46,532 nucleotides of DNA. Origin: Propionibacteriaceae bacterium (GTDB taxonomy: Bacteria > Actinomycetota > Actinomycetes > Propionibacteriales > Propionibacteriaceae). The stretch is from NCBI GenBank assembly GCA_035318105.1, contig DATHFM010000457.1, positions 1-46,532 on the forward strand, in the 5' to 3' direction. The translations under genes and the position numbers were made by a program. This document shows, piece after piece, positions 34,222 through 43,346 of the stretch. Below the pieces are notes generated by a model that saw only the letters and a list, made by a program, of their open reading frames with translations, did no database searches and was not told the DNA's origin. The stretch's first letter is position 1. Each line of letters opens with the position of its first letter.

Positions 34222-35147
34222 TAGCGCACCGGCAGCTTGGGCAGCGGCGCGTCGGCCCTGGTCAGTGCACCGTAGTGCTGACTTGGACGGCCGAGCAGTC
34301 GCTCCTTGCCGGCCAGTACGGCAGTGGTCACGCCGCTGCTGAGATCAGCCACATCCACAGTGCTGAGGCTATCCACCGCGGTCGGATCGGACCGGGCCGC
34401 AAGCACATCAGTGCCCTCGATGTCTTCGCTGTTGGGGCCAGCCAGGACTACTCCGCCCCGCATGGTTAGCCCGACCTGAAACTGCACGTGTGCAGTGAGC
34501 TGTTCCGGGGTCAGCCGAGGATCCGATGCCGCAGCGGTGACGACAATGATCAGTTGGGCTTGCGAAGGCGATTGCCCGCTGATCGTCACCAAGCCGCGGC
34601 TTTCCAGCGACTCCTCCAAAGCCAGCGCGAGTGGGTCGCGATCCTCCACCTCTTTCGAGCCAATTGATCTTCCTAGGGCGACGCCAAGCCTGGTCGCCGC
34701 AGACATGGTGTCGTTGAGCCCAAGCGGGCCGAAGTAGTCAGCCAATGCGTCGGTGATGTCCTCTGCCTTTCCGGCGTCGAAGGCTTCGGCGTTGACACCG
34801 ACTTCGCGTACCACGGTGCCGCCAGCTCCCACAACAGCAGTCGAAATCGACTGCACCACGTCCTCCGGAGCCTCGGGCATGGCGACGATAGCCACCCGGT
34901 CCCCGTTCAATACGCCCGCAGTGACGGCTTCGCCGACCTGTTCGTCGTAGGCGTTGCGGTAGTTGTCGAGTGCCTTGCGGCGATCCAGCTCCGCACGCAG
35001 ATCGGCAACCTGCTTACGATCCTGTGCTGCCTGCTGGAGCAGGCCCTGGTCGACCGACGGGCTGAGCGAAACACCAACTGCAATGCCTACGGACAAAGCA
35101 ATGAAGACCGCCATCAACGACACGATGTGGTAGCGGAAATTGATCAA
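34221..35147 (-). CDS. steB: SteB/MctB ('copper transporter') family protein
   Basis: MINFRYHIVSLMAVFIALSVGI, coiled coil, STVD, HYG near the C-terminus. Follows steA. Confidence 0.85.
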   Translation of the reverse strand: MINFRYHIVSLMAVFIALSVGIAVGVSLSPSVDQGLLQQAAQDRKQVADLRAELDRRKALDNYRNAYDEQVGEAVTAGVLNGDRVAIVAMPEAPEDVVQSISTAVVGAGGTVVREVGVNAEAFDAGKAEDITDALADYFGPLGLNDTMSAATRLGVALGRSIGSKEVEDRDPLALALEESLESRGLVTISGQSPSQAQLIIVVTAAASDPRLTPEQLTAHVQFQVGLTMRGGVVLAGPNSEDIEGTDVLAARSDPTAVDSLSTVDVADLSSGVTTAVLAGKERLLGRPSQHYGALTRADAPLPKLPVR

Positions 35148-36325
35148 GTGATGAGTTCCTTTATCCAGTAGAGCAGGTCGCGGATCCGCGCGACGATCAC
35201 ATTCCCGAATGCCCAGCCCACGTCGGTGAACAGCAATGCTGTGAGAAGCGCCAGGATGCCGGAAAGTACGAACAGCATCAGGTGCCAGGTCTTGATCTGA
35301 CTGCGGTAGATCCGAGACACTCCCTTCGCGTCAATCAGCTTGGGACCAACGCGCAGGCGGGTCAGGAACGTGGAGGCCATCCCGGCTCGACCCTTGTCGA
35401 GGAATTCCACAAGCGAGGCATGGGTGCCCACAGCGACGATCAAGCTGGCCCCTTTGGAGTCAGCCAACAGCATGGCAGCATCCTCGCTGGTGCCGAGCGC
35501 TGGAAATACCACCGCCTGGAGCCCGAGTTTCTCGATCCGCTCCAGTCCGGGTGCGCGCCCGTCATGATAGGCATGCACCACCAGTTCCGCGCCGCACCGC
35601 AAGGTCTCGTCAGAACATGAATCCATATCGCCGATGATCATGTCGGGCTTGTAGCCGGCTTCGATCAACGCATCGGCTCCCCCGTCAACCCCCATCAGCA
35701 AGGGTCGGTACTCCGAGATATAAGGCCGGAGTGCAGCCAGATCACCGCGATAGTCGTAGCCGCGCACCACGATCAACACGTGCCGACCTGCGACCTCGCT
35801 AGCCACGTTGGGCACGCCGACACCCTCGAGCAACAGCTCTTTCTCCACCCGCAGGTAGGTCATGGTGTTTTCGGCGAACGCCTCGATCTGATCCGCCAGG
35901 CCGCTCCGGGCGTACGCGAGATGGTCCTCCAGGATTTCGGTGGTGTAGACGGTGCCTTCCGCCACAACGCTGCCGGTCGAGTTGACCAACTTGCCGCCAT
36001 CCAGCGTCAGCCAGTCGCCTTCGTGAACTCGGGTGAAGACGTGGTCGCCCACATTGTCGATGATCGGGATCCCCGCCTCCATCAAGATCCCGGGCCCGAG
36101 GTTGGGATAGCGGCCTGAGACTGAAGACACGGCATTGACTACCGCCGCGGCACCCGCCTCGACCAGGGCTTCGGCGCTGACACGATCCAGGTCGCTGTGA
36201 TGAATAATCGCGATCTCGCCAGCGCGCAGCCGTTTGGTGAGGTTCTTGGTACGCCGATCGAGCCGGGCAACACCGTCGATCTGGGTCGATGTTCCGCGTT
36301 TGCGCAGCAGGGTGGGAAGTCGCAT
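35144..36325 (-). CDS. steA: cytokinetic ring protein SteA
   Basis: DRRTKNL, SGRYPNLGP, GVDGGADAL, IIGDMDS, EFLDKGRAGMASTFLTRL, C-terminal TM. Confidence 0.9.
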   Translation of the reverse strand: MRLPTLLRKRGTSTQIDGVARLDRRTKNLTKRLRAGEIAIIHHSDLDRVSAEALVEAGAAAVVNAVSSVSGRYPNLGPGILMEAGIPIIDNVGDHVFTRVHEGDWLTLDGGKLVNSTGSVVAEGTVYTTEILEDHLAYARSGLADQIEAFAENTMTYLRVEKELLLEGVGVPNVASEVAGRHVLIVVRGYDYRGDLAALRPYISEYRPLLMGVDGGADALIEAGYKPDMIIGDMDSCSDETLRCGAELVVHAYHDGRAPGLERIEKLGLQAVVFPALGTSEDAAMLLADSKGASLIVAVGTHASLVEFLDKGRAGMASTFLTRLRVGPKLIDAKGVSRIYRSQIKTWHLMLFVLSGILALLTALLFTDVGWAFGNVIVARIRDLLYWIKELIT

Positions 36326-36360
36326 CTCGGGGTCAATACTTCCACCCGTGCTGCTCTGTC

Positions 36361-36424
36361 GAGCTGCGAGCGTCGGAATGCGCGAGCAGCTCCCAGTTAT
36401 CCAGCGACTGCGAGCGTCGGAATG
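36361..36424 (+). repeat. miniature copy plus half copy of the GCGAGCGTCGG...GCGCGAGC repeat family
   Basis: GAGCTGCGAGCGTCGGAATGCGCGAGCAGCTC (36361-36392). The 17-nt CTGCGAGCGTCGGAATG is repeated at 36364 and 36408. Confidence 0.8.
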
Positions 36425-36807
36425 TTAGATGCCGCCGTCGCGTCGCAGCCGGTAACCGAGTCCTCGTACGGTCTCCAGAGACCGTATGCCAAACGGGCGG
36501 TCGATCTTTTCCCGTAGGTAGCGAACGTAGACCTCGGTGACGTTGGATCGGTAGTGGTGCCCGATGTTCCAAGCCGCATCCAGCAGCTGATCGTGACTGA
36601 GCACTTGTCCCGGGCTTCGCATGAAGACCTCGAGCAGCGCAAGCTCACGAGTCGACAGCCGAATCTCCCGCTCACGCCGCCAGACTCGCTGCGCCGCCGG
36701 GTCGAGTCGCAGCGAGCCCACCCTGATCCCGCTGGTCATTCGAGTCGCGACGCGCGAGGATTCGCAGCCGCGATACGAACCTCATTCCCAACGACTAGCA
36801 CCCGCAT
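36425..36807 (-). pseudogene. internally deleted OmpR/PhoB-family response regulator (receiver lost, winged-helix ORF 36425-36739 intact)
   Basis: The ATG at 36807 gives MRVLVVGNEVRIAAANPRASRLE*, a receiver-like start. The out-of-frame ORF carries LSTRELALLEVFMRSPGQVLS, SNVTEVYVRYLREKID and ETVRGLGYRL. Confidence 0.8.
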
Positions 36808-36814
36808 ACCCGGG

Positions 36815-36848
36815 ACGTTACGCAGCCTTGCGTGAGAGCATTATGAGA
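36815..36848 (-). promoter_or_regulatory. tandem TCTCA-N6-TCTCA operator-like repeat and -10 TAACGT of the regulator remnant
   Basis: 11-bp-period direct repeat (36848-36844 and 36837-36833). TAACGT-N7-ATG(36807). Confidence 0.55.
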
Positions 36849-36890
36849 TTGTGCGCCCAATATCTAGCGTCGTTCGCGCGCCCTGATTGA

Positions 36891-37036
36891 GCGGCGCTCG
36901 CGCATCGCGCTGGAACCCGATGATGTCGTCCCTCTTCGCAAACCCCACCGCCAGCCCACACCGAGGAGGCTCCCCAACAGGGGTGCGCTCATCGATCCTC
37001 CATTCATCGGGGCGAGATTGCCGACGCTCGCGCCGC
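36891..37036 (-). repeat. full-length structured repeat element overlapping the recN 3' end
   Basis: GCTCGCGCATCGCGCT (36896-36911) is identical to 39726-39741. CCGACGCTCGC at 37021-37031. Terminal GCGGCGC/GCGCCGC and inner CCCGATGA/TCATCGGG stems. Confidence 0.78.
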
Positions 37037-38707
37037 GGCGGCAAGCTCTACAAGTTCGGTGGCGTGGGCCACTGCAGACTCCGTCGTCTCCAAACCGGCC
37101 ATCATCCGGGCAAGCTCCACAGCGCGGTCGTCATCAGCGACCAATACAACTCCGCTGGTTGTGACCTGACCGTCGTCCGCCTTCACCACCACATAGTGCC
37201 GATCCGCGAAGGCGGCGACCTGGGCCAGATGGGTGACCACAACGACTTGGGTGTGCTGGGACAACCTGGCGAGACGGCGACCCACCTCGACCGCAACCTT
37301 GCCGCCAACGCCCGCGTCGATCTCGTCGAAGACCAAAGTGACGGCTTTTCGATCGGCCGCGAGCACGACCTCCAAGGCCAGCCGGACCCGGGACAGCTCG
37401 CCACCCGACGCCACGCGCCCCAGACTCCGCAGTTCGCTACCTGGGTTGGCGGCAAACAGCAGATCGACCCGGTCGGCGCCCCAGGGGCCCTGGTCAGCGC
37501 TGCTTACCTCGAAGCCGAGCTGCGCGTGAGGCATCGCCAGTGCGGCAAGCTCGACGCGGACCAGCTCACTGAATCTGGCTGCCGCCTCACGTCTGGCCCC
37601 ACCGATCTGAGCTGCGAGTGCGGTTAACTCAGCCCTCAGCTCCTCGAGTCGGACGGTCAGGGTCTCGATCCGCTCGTCGCTCTGGCCGAGTTGGGTGAGC
37701 CGTACCGCGGAGTCTGTGGCCCACTGCAAGACCTCGTCACATGTGCTGCCGTACTTCCGGGTCAGCTTGCTGAGCTGAGCTCGGCGCTCAGCGATCTGTT
37801 CCAGCCGCCCAGGCTGGCTGTCCAAGCCGTCCAGATAGCGCGCCATGTCCGCGGTCAGATCGGTGAGTTGATAGCTCGCCTCAGCCAGCCGATCACCCAA
37901 CTGAGTCGCCGCTGGATCTCCAGAGACTGCCGGCTCGAACGCCTTGCGGGCCGTGTAGAGCATCGCCAGCGCGCCGCCGGCCTCATCGTCGGGGCCGGCA
38001 AGAGCGTGGACCGCCGACTGCGCCGATTCCCGCAAGTCGTCTGCGGACTCCAGCCGCGCAGCCTCTGCCGCCAGCGCGACATCCTCGCCTGCAGCCGGGC
38101 CGATTCTCTCGATCTCTTCCAGGCCGAAGGTCAACAGATCAGTCTCCCGGGCCCGGCGCTGTGCCTCGGCGCGCAGCTCGGCCAGCTCCGTCCGTGCTGC
38201 GCGATCCTCCGCCCAGAAAGCGGAGTACCTGGCAAGCGGTTCGAGTACGGCCGCGCCAGCGAAACGATCCAAGAGCTGCCGTTGTCTATCAGCCTCGGTG
38301 AGTCGTTCCTGCTCCGCCTGTCCATAGATTGTGACCAGCTCCGCAGTCAGCGCAGCGCATGCACCGGCTGGCACCTGGGCACCGCCGAGGTAGGCACGGG
38401 AACGCCCAGCCGCCGTGACATGACGTGCCAGGATCAGCTCGTCGTCGTCCATTTCGCCGCCCGCCTCGGCCACCCGCTGCAACAGTTCGACACTGTCGAT
38501 CCGAAACCGGCCTTCCACGCGGGCCCGATCTGACCCGCGGCGAACCGATCGTGGATCTGCCCGTCCGCCGAGCAGCAATCCGAGCCCGCTAACGATCATC
38601 GTCTTCCCCGCACCGGTTTCCCCAGTCACTACGGTCAGGCCGGGATCGAGCCCGATGGTCGCATCCTTGATCACACCCAGGTCGGCGATGCGCAGCTCGG
38701 TGATCAT
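37004..38707 (-). CDS. recN: DNA repair protein RecN
   Basis: TGETGAGKT, GRSRA, ASGGELSRVRLALE, FDEIDAGVGG, VTHLAQVAA, ELARM. The ATG overlaps the nadK stop. Confidence 0.96.
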   Translation of the reverse strand: MITELRIADLGVIKDATIGLDPGLTVVTGETGAGKTMIVSGLGLLLGGRADPRSVRRGSDRARVEGRFRIDSVELLQRVAEAGGEMDDDELILARHVTAAGRSRAYLGGAQVPAGACAALTAELVTIYGQAEQERLTEADRQRQLLDRFAGAAVLEPLARYSAFWAEDRAARTELAELRAEAQRRARETDLLTFGLEEIERIGPAAGEDVALAAEAARLESADDLRESAQSAVHALAGPDDEAGGALAMLYTARKAFEPAVSGDPAATQLGDRLAEASYQLTDLTADMARYLDGLDSQPGRLEQIAERRAQLSKLTRKYGSTCDEVLQWATDSAVRLTQLGQSDERIETLTVRLEELRAELTALAAQIGGARREAAARFSELVRVELAALAMPHAQLGFEVSSADQGPWGADRVDLLFAANPGSELRSLGRVASGGELSRVRLALEVVLAADRKAVTLVFDEIDAGVGGKVAVEVGRRLARLSQHTQVVVVTHLAQVAAFADRHYVVVKADDGQVTTSGVVLVADDDRAVELARMMAGLETTESAVAHATELVELAAAARASAISPR

Positions 38708-39693
38708 GCAGGAGTGTTGATCATGGTGACAGCTGGGTCGGCCGATCCGCGCCAGCCCTCTACCCGAAGACCGAATCTGTTGACCAACCGGTCGGTGAAC
38801 GGCGCCTGCGACAGCCGGGCCAATCGGAGCCGCTGCTTTCCGCGGGTCACTTCGATCTCCATTCCTGCATGCAGTTCCACCGAACGCCGCCCGTCGCACC
38901 AGATCACGCCATGAGTCGGGGAAACATCGAGAACCTCCACCACAACGGTCGAGGTCGGACTGAGCACCAGCGGTCGGGCAAAGAGTGCGTGTGCGCTGAG
39001 CGGTACTACGAGAAGTGCATCGACGCCCGGCCAGATCACCGGCCCACCAGCCGAGAAAGCGTACGCAGTCGAGCCCGTCGGAGTTGAAACCAGCATCCCG
39101 TCGCAGGCCCAGCGAGAAAGTGGCCGGCCGTCCACCCCCACTAGCACCTCGAGCATCCGCTCCCGCGAAGCCTTCTCGATCGACACCTCATTGATTGCGT
39201 AGGAGGACCACTCCACCTCGAAGGTCTTGGAATCGCGGAGGATGACCTCGATAGTGAATCGCTCCTCAACGGTGTAGGAGCGCTCTACGACGTGGGCGAC
39301 GATGGTGTCGATCTCTGACGACTCAGCCTCGGCCAGAAAGCCGACGTGTCCCAGGTTGACCCCGAGCAGCGGAATCTCGCTGGGCAGGACCCATTCCGCG
39401 CCGCGCAGGATTGTGCCGTCGCCTCCCAAGACCACCATCAGCTCAATTCCGTCCTCGAGCGTGACTGGCTTGTTGAGCGGTGTCATGGCGTGCGCTAGCC
39501 GCGGGTCAAGCGCTGCGATGTCATCGGCGGGCAGAGCGGAGACGATGCCTGCTGCACTCAGGCCCTCGACCAGACGCGTTGCCGCGGCAACGGCGGCAGG
39601 CCGGCCCATATGGGTCAGCACGGCGATGCGCCGCGTCGAATCTGGGCTTTCGCCGCTGGGCTGGCCGCTCTTCTGGGTGAAGGCCTCACTCAC
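38704..39693 (-). CDS. nadK: NAD kinase
   Basis: LGGDGTIL, GVNLGHVGFL, INE, STPTGSTAYAFSAGGP. TATGCT-N7-GTG sets the start at 39693. Confidence 0.95.
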   Translation of the reverse strand: MSEAFTQKSGQPSGESPDSTRRIAVLTHMGRPAAVAAATRLVEGLSAAGIVSALPADDIAALDPRLAHAMTPLNKPVTLEDGIELMVVLGGDGTILRGAEWVLPSEIPLLGVNLGHVGFLAEAESSEIDTIVAHVVERSYTVEERFTIEVILRDSKTFEVEWSSYAINEVSIEKASRERMLEVLVGVDGRPLSRWACDGMLVSTPTGSTAYAFSAGGPVIWPGVDALLVVPLSAHALFARPLVLSPTSTVVVEVLDVSPTHGVIWCDGRRSVELHAGMEIEVTRGKQRLRLARLSQAPFTDRLVNRFGLRVEGWRGSADPAVTMINTPA

Positions 39694-39720
39694 CTGCCAC
39701 AGCATATTCAGACCAATCAT

Positions 39721-39836
39721 GAGCTGCTCGCGCATCGCGCTTTGAGTCCGCCGCCGTCGTCGTCGCTCTAAGAGGAAGAACGCCTCTGCTCGCTTCTCCT
39801 CCCTGCGGCGGCGCGCGATTTCCGACGCTCGCAGCT
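39721..39836 (-). repeat. full-length structured repeat element between tlyA and nadK
   Basis: Ends GAGCTGCTCGCGCATCGCGCT and GCGCGATTTCCGACGCTCGCAGCT. 39820-39836 is the exact reverse complement of 36362-36378. Confidence 0.8.
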
Positions 39837-39841
39837 GGGGG

Positions 39842-40609
39842 CTATGTCTGGATTAGCGCGGTCAGATCCAGGTCTGGCGCAGACTCGGTTCGCCGCAGCA
39901 GCACAAACACCTCACGGTTGCCTGAAGCCCCCAGCAGCCGACTAGCGACCGCGGCGACACCGCGCCAGCCATGCTCGCCAGCTGCGTCGATCACGCTCGA
40001 GATTGCCTGGAGTTGGTGCTCCGGAGTGCGGACTACCCCGCCCTTCCCCAAGAGCTCCCGCCCAACCTCGAACTGTGGCTTGACCAGCAGCAGCACCCAG
40101 CCGTCATCCCGAGTGACCGAGACCAGTGGACCCACCAACAACCTCAGTGAGATGAAAGAGACGTCCGCGACCACCAGATCGACCGGAACTCCTCCGACAT
40201 GCTCGAGCCGCAGGTCCCGAAGATTGACTCGTTCCTGGAGCCGGACACGAGGGTCCGCGCGCAGTATAGGTGCCAGCTGATTGCTGCCGACGTCGACGGC
40301 AATCACCTCCTGACAGCCGCGCGCCAGCAGCACCTGGGTGAAGCCTCCTGTCGAAGCGCCCGCGTCGAGGGCTCGTCCAGCCACACTGAGCTGGAGGTCA
40401 TCAAGTGCGCCGATGAGCTTGTGAGCACCGCGCGACACAAAGCGATCATCTGGCGCGTGGATGGCAGCCGATGGCGCCACCTGCTCGCCCGGCCGCTCCA
40501 CAACCGAACCGTCGACCATGACTTCACCGGCGTTGATCATGGCCTGTGCATGGGTACGCGACCGGGCCAGTCCGCGCCTGACCAGCTCGCGATCCAGGCG
40601 CTCAGTCAC
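39842..40609 (-). CDS. tlyA: TlyA-family rRNA 2'-O-methyltransferase
   Basis: RLDRELVRRGLARSR, FVSRGAHKL, DAGASTGGFT, DVSFISL, VKPQFEVG, GNRE. Start at GTG 40609 or ATG 40630. Confidence 0.95.
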   Translation of the reverse strand: MTERLDRELVRRGLARSRTHAQAMINAGEVMVDGSVVERPGEQVAPSAAIHAPDDRFVSRGAHKLIGALDDLQLSVAGRALDAGASTGGFTQVLLARGCQEVIAVDVGSNQLAPILRADPRVRLQERVNLRDLRLEHVGGVPVDLVVADVSFISLRLLVGPLVSVTRDDGWVLLLVKPQFEVGRELLGKGGVVRTPEHQLQAISSVIDAAGEHGWRGVAAVASRLLGASGNREVFVLLRRTESAPDLDLTALIQT

Positions 40610-40613
40610 GATT

Positions 40614-40838
40614 TCAGCGAGGCCCCCCATCGTCACGCTGGTTGTCAGGTCGGTCCAGCGCTTCTTGCAACGTCTCATGGGCCTTCGCGAGCCGATCGTG
40701 ATGATCGGCAAGCGGAGTCGAGCCGAGGTCGGCAAGCGCGCGCAGCGCTTCGTCGACCGCTGCGTGCCCCGTCAGCGGCGGGCTGGTTCCAGGGTCGTAC
40801 GCCAGGTCATCGACCTGCCCCTGGTCCGGCTCGATCAC
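40614..40838 (-). CDS. small hypothetical protein
   Basis: 74 aa with TGHAAVDEAL..L..L....LADH...L..AHETL. Start overlaps the upstream stop. Confidence 0.7.
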   Translation of the reverse strand: MIEPDQGQVDDLAYDPGTSPPLTGHAAVDEALRALADLGSTPLADHHDRLAKAHETLQEALDRPDNQRDDGGPR

Positions 40839-41320
40839 TCGTCTGGCTCCGACGCGCTCTCCGAGCTCGCCGCCTTACGCGGCGGCTTTTGACGAGGCCT
40901 CGTCGTTGCCTTGTTGGCGGACTTCATTGCAGCGGCCGTTTTCTTCGCAGGCGCCTTCCGCGCGGTGGCCTTACTCCCGGACGCAGATTTCGCAGTATGC
41001 GTCATCGCCTCGTTGAGTTGTGCTCGCAAGTCAGCAATCTCATCCCGCAGCGCCTGCACCTCATCGGCTCGCGCGAAGCCGAGCCGCGCCGCCGCCTTGT
41101 CGACCTCGGCCGTCACGAAGTGCTGCAACAGCTCACGATTGGTGCGACTCGCATTCAAGATCTCTGCTGTGAGCTTCATAGCTCGCTCGCTTGTCTCGCT
41201 CGCTACGTCCTCCAGGCCGCTTTGCTTCAGCAACGCCCGGGCAGTGGCCGCGGCCTTTGCCTGGGTGCTTCTGGTCACACCGGTCACCATGTTGATATAG
41301 GCCTGCAATGCCTCGGCCAC
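40835..41320 (-). CDS. phasin-like coiled-coil protein with Lys/Ala-rich tail
   Basis: Helical N-terminal part, RLGFARADEVQALR, tail KATARKAPAKKTA. GAAAGG SD before the GTG at 41320. Confidence 0.7.
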   Translation of the reverse strand: MAEALQAYINMVTGVTRSTQAKAAATARALLKQSGLEDVASETSERAMKLTAEILNASRTNRELLQHFVTAEVDKAAARLGFARADEVQALRDEIADLRAQLNEAMTHTAKSASGSKATARKAPAKKTAAAMKSANKATTRPRQKPPRKAASSESASEPDE

Positions 41321-41393
41321 GCTTGACGCCTTTCTGCCGCACAGGGAAGCCCTGCTTGCCGACGAGTGAGCACGGCAGCGCCGCAGTGCCACG

Positions 41394-42392
41394 TTACCGC
41401 AGCTGTTCTAGCGCATCACGCCAGTCTGGCGCTAGTCCATGATCAACGGCCCACCACGTCGCATGCGCAGCGGCCCAGATGGCCTCCATGCCACCCGGCC
41501 TGGCGGTCTGGACCACGAGGCGACCATCCACGACGGACGCAGTCGCCGGACCACACCGGAACTCTGCCATCTCCTGGGCGACGGTGAGCCCCGGATGCAA
41601 CAGTGCCCGGAGATCCTCGCCCAGAAACGTTGGTCGTTCCCCGGGCATTGCAGCAAGCAGGTCCTCAGCGCGATGAGATCCAGAGAGCACGAACATGCTG
41701 TCCAGACCGGCGTTCACCGCTCCAGCAATGTCTGTGTCGAGCCGATCCCCCACGAATAGCGGGTGGCGTGCGCCGAGCCGCTCAACCGTGTCATCCAGCA
41801 GCGGCCGATAGGGTTTGCCGGCCACTTCCGCCGGCCCAGCCGCTACGGCCATCGTCACCGCGGCGACTGCGGCACCGTTCCCCGGAACCAGGCCACGTTC
41901 GGTCGGCCGAGTCGGATCGATGTTCGTCGCCACCCAATGCGCACCGCGTTGGATGGCGATCGCGGCTTCATTGAGCTCCTGCCACGCCAGGTTGAATCCG
42001 TAACCTTGGATCACCGCGACCGGATGGTCCTCTGCGGAATGCACTCCTACCAGGCCTGCTTCGCTCAATGCCGCAATGACTCCGTCGCCCCCGACTGCGA
42101 GGATCCTGGCGCCAGCACCGAAGCGGTTGACCAGCAGATGTGCCGCCGCCTGGGCGGAGGTGACAATGTCGGCCGCAGTCGCCGGGATGCCAAGCTCGAC
42201 CAGATGGTCAGCGACCGCAGCCGGCGGGCGGGCAGCGTTGTTGGTGACGAACCCGATCTTGGTGCCACGATCATGGAGCTGCCTAATGCCTGCTGCGACG
42301 CCTGGCACAGCGACCGGACCCAGATAGATGACGCCGTCGAGGTCGAACAACACTGCGTCGTATGAGTCGATCAGCGCTGCTGATGCACTCAT
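41394..42392 (-). CDS. HAD-IIA (NagD-like) hydrolase
   Basis: FDLDGV, VTNNA, AGKP, VGDRLDTDIAGA. Confidence 0.94.
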   Translation of the reverse strand: MSASAALIDSYDAVLFDLDGVIYLGPVAVPGVAAGIRQLHDRGTKIGFVTNNAARPPAAVADHLVELGIPATAADIVTSAQAAAHLLVNRFGAGARILAVGGDGVIAALSEAGLVGVHSAEDHPVAVIQGYGFNLAWQELNEAAIAIQRGAHWVATNIDPTRPTERGLVPGNGAAVAAVTMAVAAGPAEVAGKPYRPLLDDTVERLGARHPLFVGDRLDTDIAGAVNAGLDSMFVLSGSHRAEDLLAAMPGERPTFLGEDLRALLHPGLTVAQEMAEFRCGPATASVVDGRLVVQTARPGGMEAIWAAAHATWWAVDHGLAPDWRDALEQLR

Positions 42393-43288
42393 TCCAGGCT
42401 GTCCCGCTCGGGCTCATGCAGTGGCTGGCTATCCCCCTCGTCAGCCTCGTCGTAGTCGATCAAGAAGCCATCGAGCTCGTCGGTTCGTTGCTGTGCGTCG
42501 GTCTCGTGATCAAGATCAAGCTTCGCGGCAGAGGCAAACCATCGACGCGCCTCGGACTCCCTGACCGCCGCGAGCAGTGCGTCGGCGTAGGCATAGCGCA
42601 GCCTGGCCACAGCTCGCGGTGAAACACTTTCAGGTCGGGCCCGGTCGACGGCCCGCTCCAGAATCCGCAGTGACTCGTGATCTTGACCTAGGTCGCGCCG
42701 AGCACCCGCTTCAACGATGATCATCTCGATTCGCAGCGCCGGATCAAGTCCGGCCCGATCGGCCTCCTGTGCCAGCTTGAGGGCATTGTGTGGGCGGCCC
42801 AGAGCGCGCTCGCAATCAGCCATCACTGGCAGGTAGTCCGACGTTCCGGTCATCCGCCGCAGCGCGCGGAATTCGGTGAGCGCAACATCATAGAAACCGG
42901 CGGCGTATGCCGTCTCAGCTGCCGCCTCGCGGACGATCGGCAGTCGGGCAGCGCGGCGGCGAGCGGCCTCGGCATGGGCGTACGCCTCTTCGGGATCGTC
43001 GTCGATGAGTCTGCCCGCCACTACCAGGTGGGCGGCGACGATTTCGGCGAGATCCTTGGGCAGGCTGCGTAGCTCAGCCCGGACTGCCGCATGAAGGGAA
43101 CGCGAGTCAACACCTTCGGGAATCGGAGGTTCGTTCCTGCGACGCGCCAGACCCGGTCGCGCGCTCTGCGTCGGTCGCGGGGGCCCGGAAACCTCCCGGC
43201 GTTCTCGATCACCTCGACGCGATTGCGAGGCTCCGGCGCGCTCCGACGCGCGGCCTCGCGAGCGATCCGACCGCCCCTGCTCTGCCAT
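42389..43288 (-). CDS. tetratricopeptide-repeat-like protein
   Basis: Helical repeats (VAAHLVVAGRL, ADCERALGRP, RLRYAYADALL) with an Arg-rich N-terminus. Usual position before HAD-tlyA. Confidence 0.82.
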   Translation of the reverse strand: MAEQGRSDRSRGRASERAGASQSRRGDRERREVSGPPRPTQSARPGLARRRNEPPIPEGVDSRSLHAAVRAELRSLPKDLAEIVAAHLVVAGRLIDDDPEEAYAHAEAARRRAARLPIVREAAAETAYAAGFYDVALTEFRALRRMTGTSDYLPVMADCERALGRPHNALKLAQEADRAGLDPALRIEMIIVEAGARRDLGQDHESLRILERAVDRARPESVSPRAVARLRYAYADALLAAVRESEARRWFASAAKLDLDHETDAQQRTDELDGFLIDYDEADEGDSQPLHEPERDSLE

Positions 43289-43346
43289 TCGCCCCATCCT
43301 GTCTGGATTCGCAATCCGACGCAAAGCCCACACCCACCGGTGGCTG

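Noticed and set aside
36364-36424. 17-nt direct repeat with a 27-nt spacer as a mini CRISPR array
   Set aside because: Only two short units and no cas genes. Explained by the dispersed repeat family.
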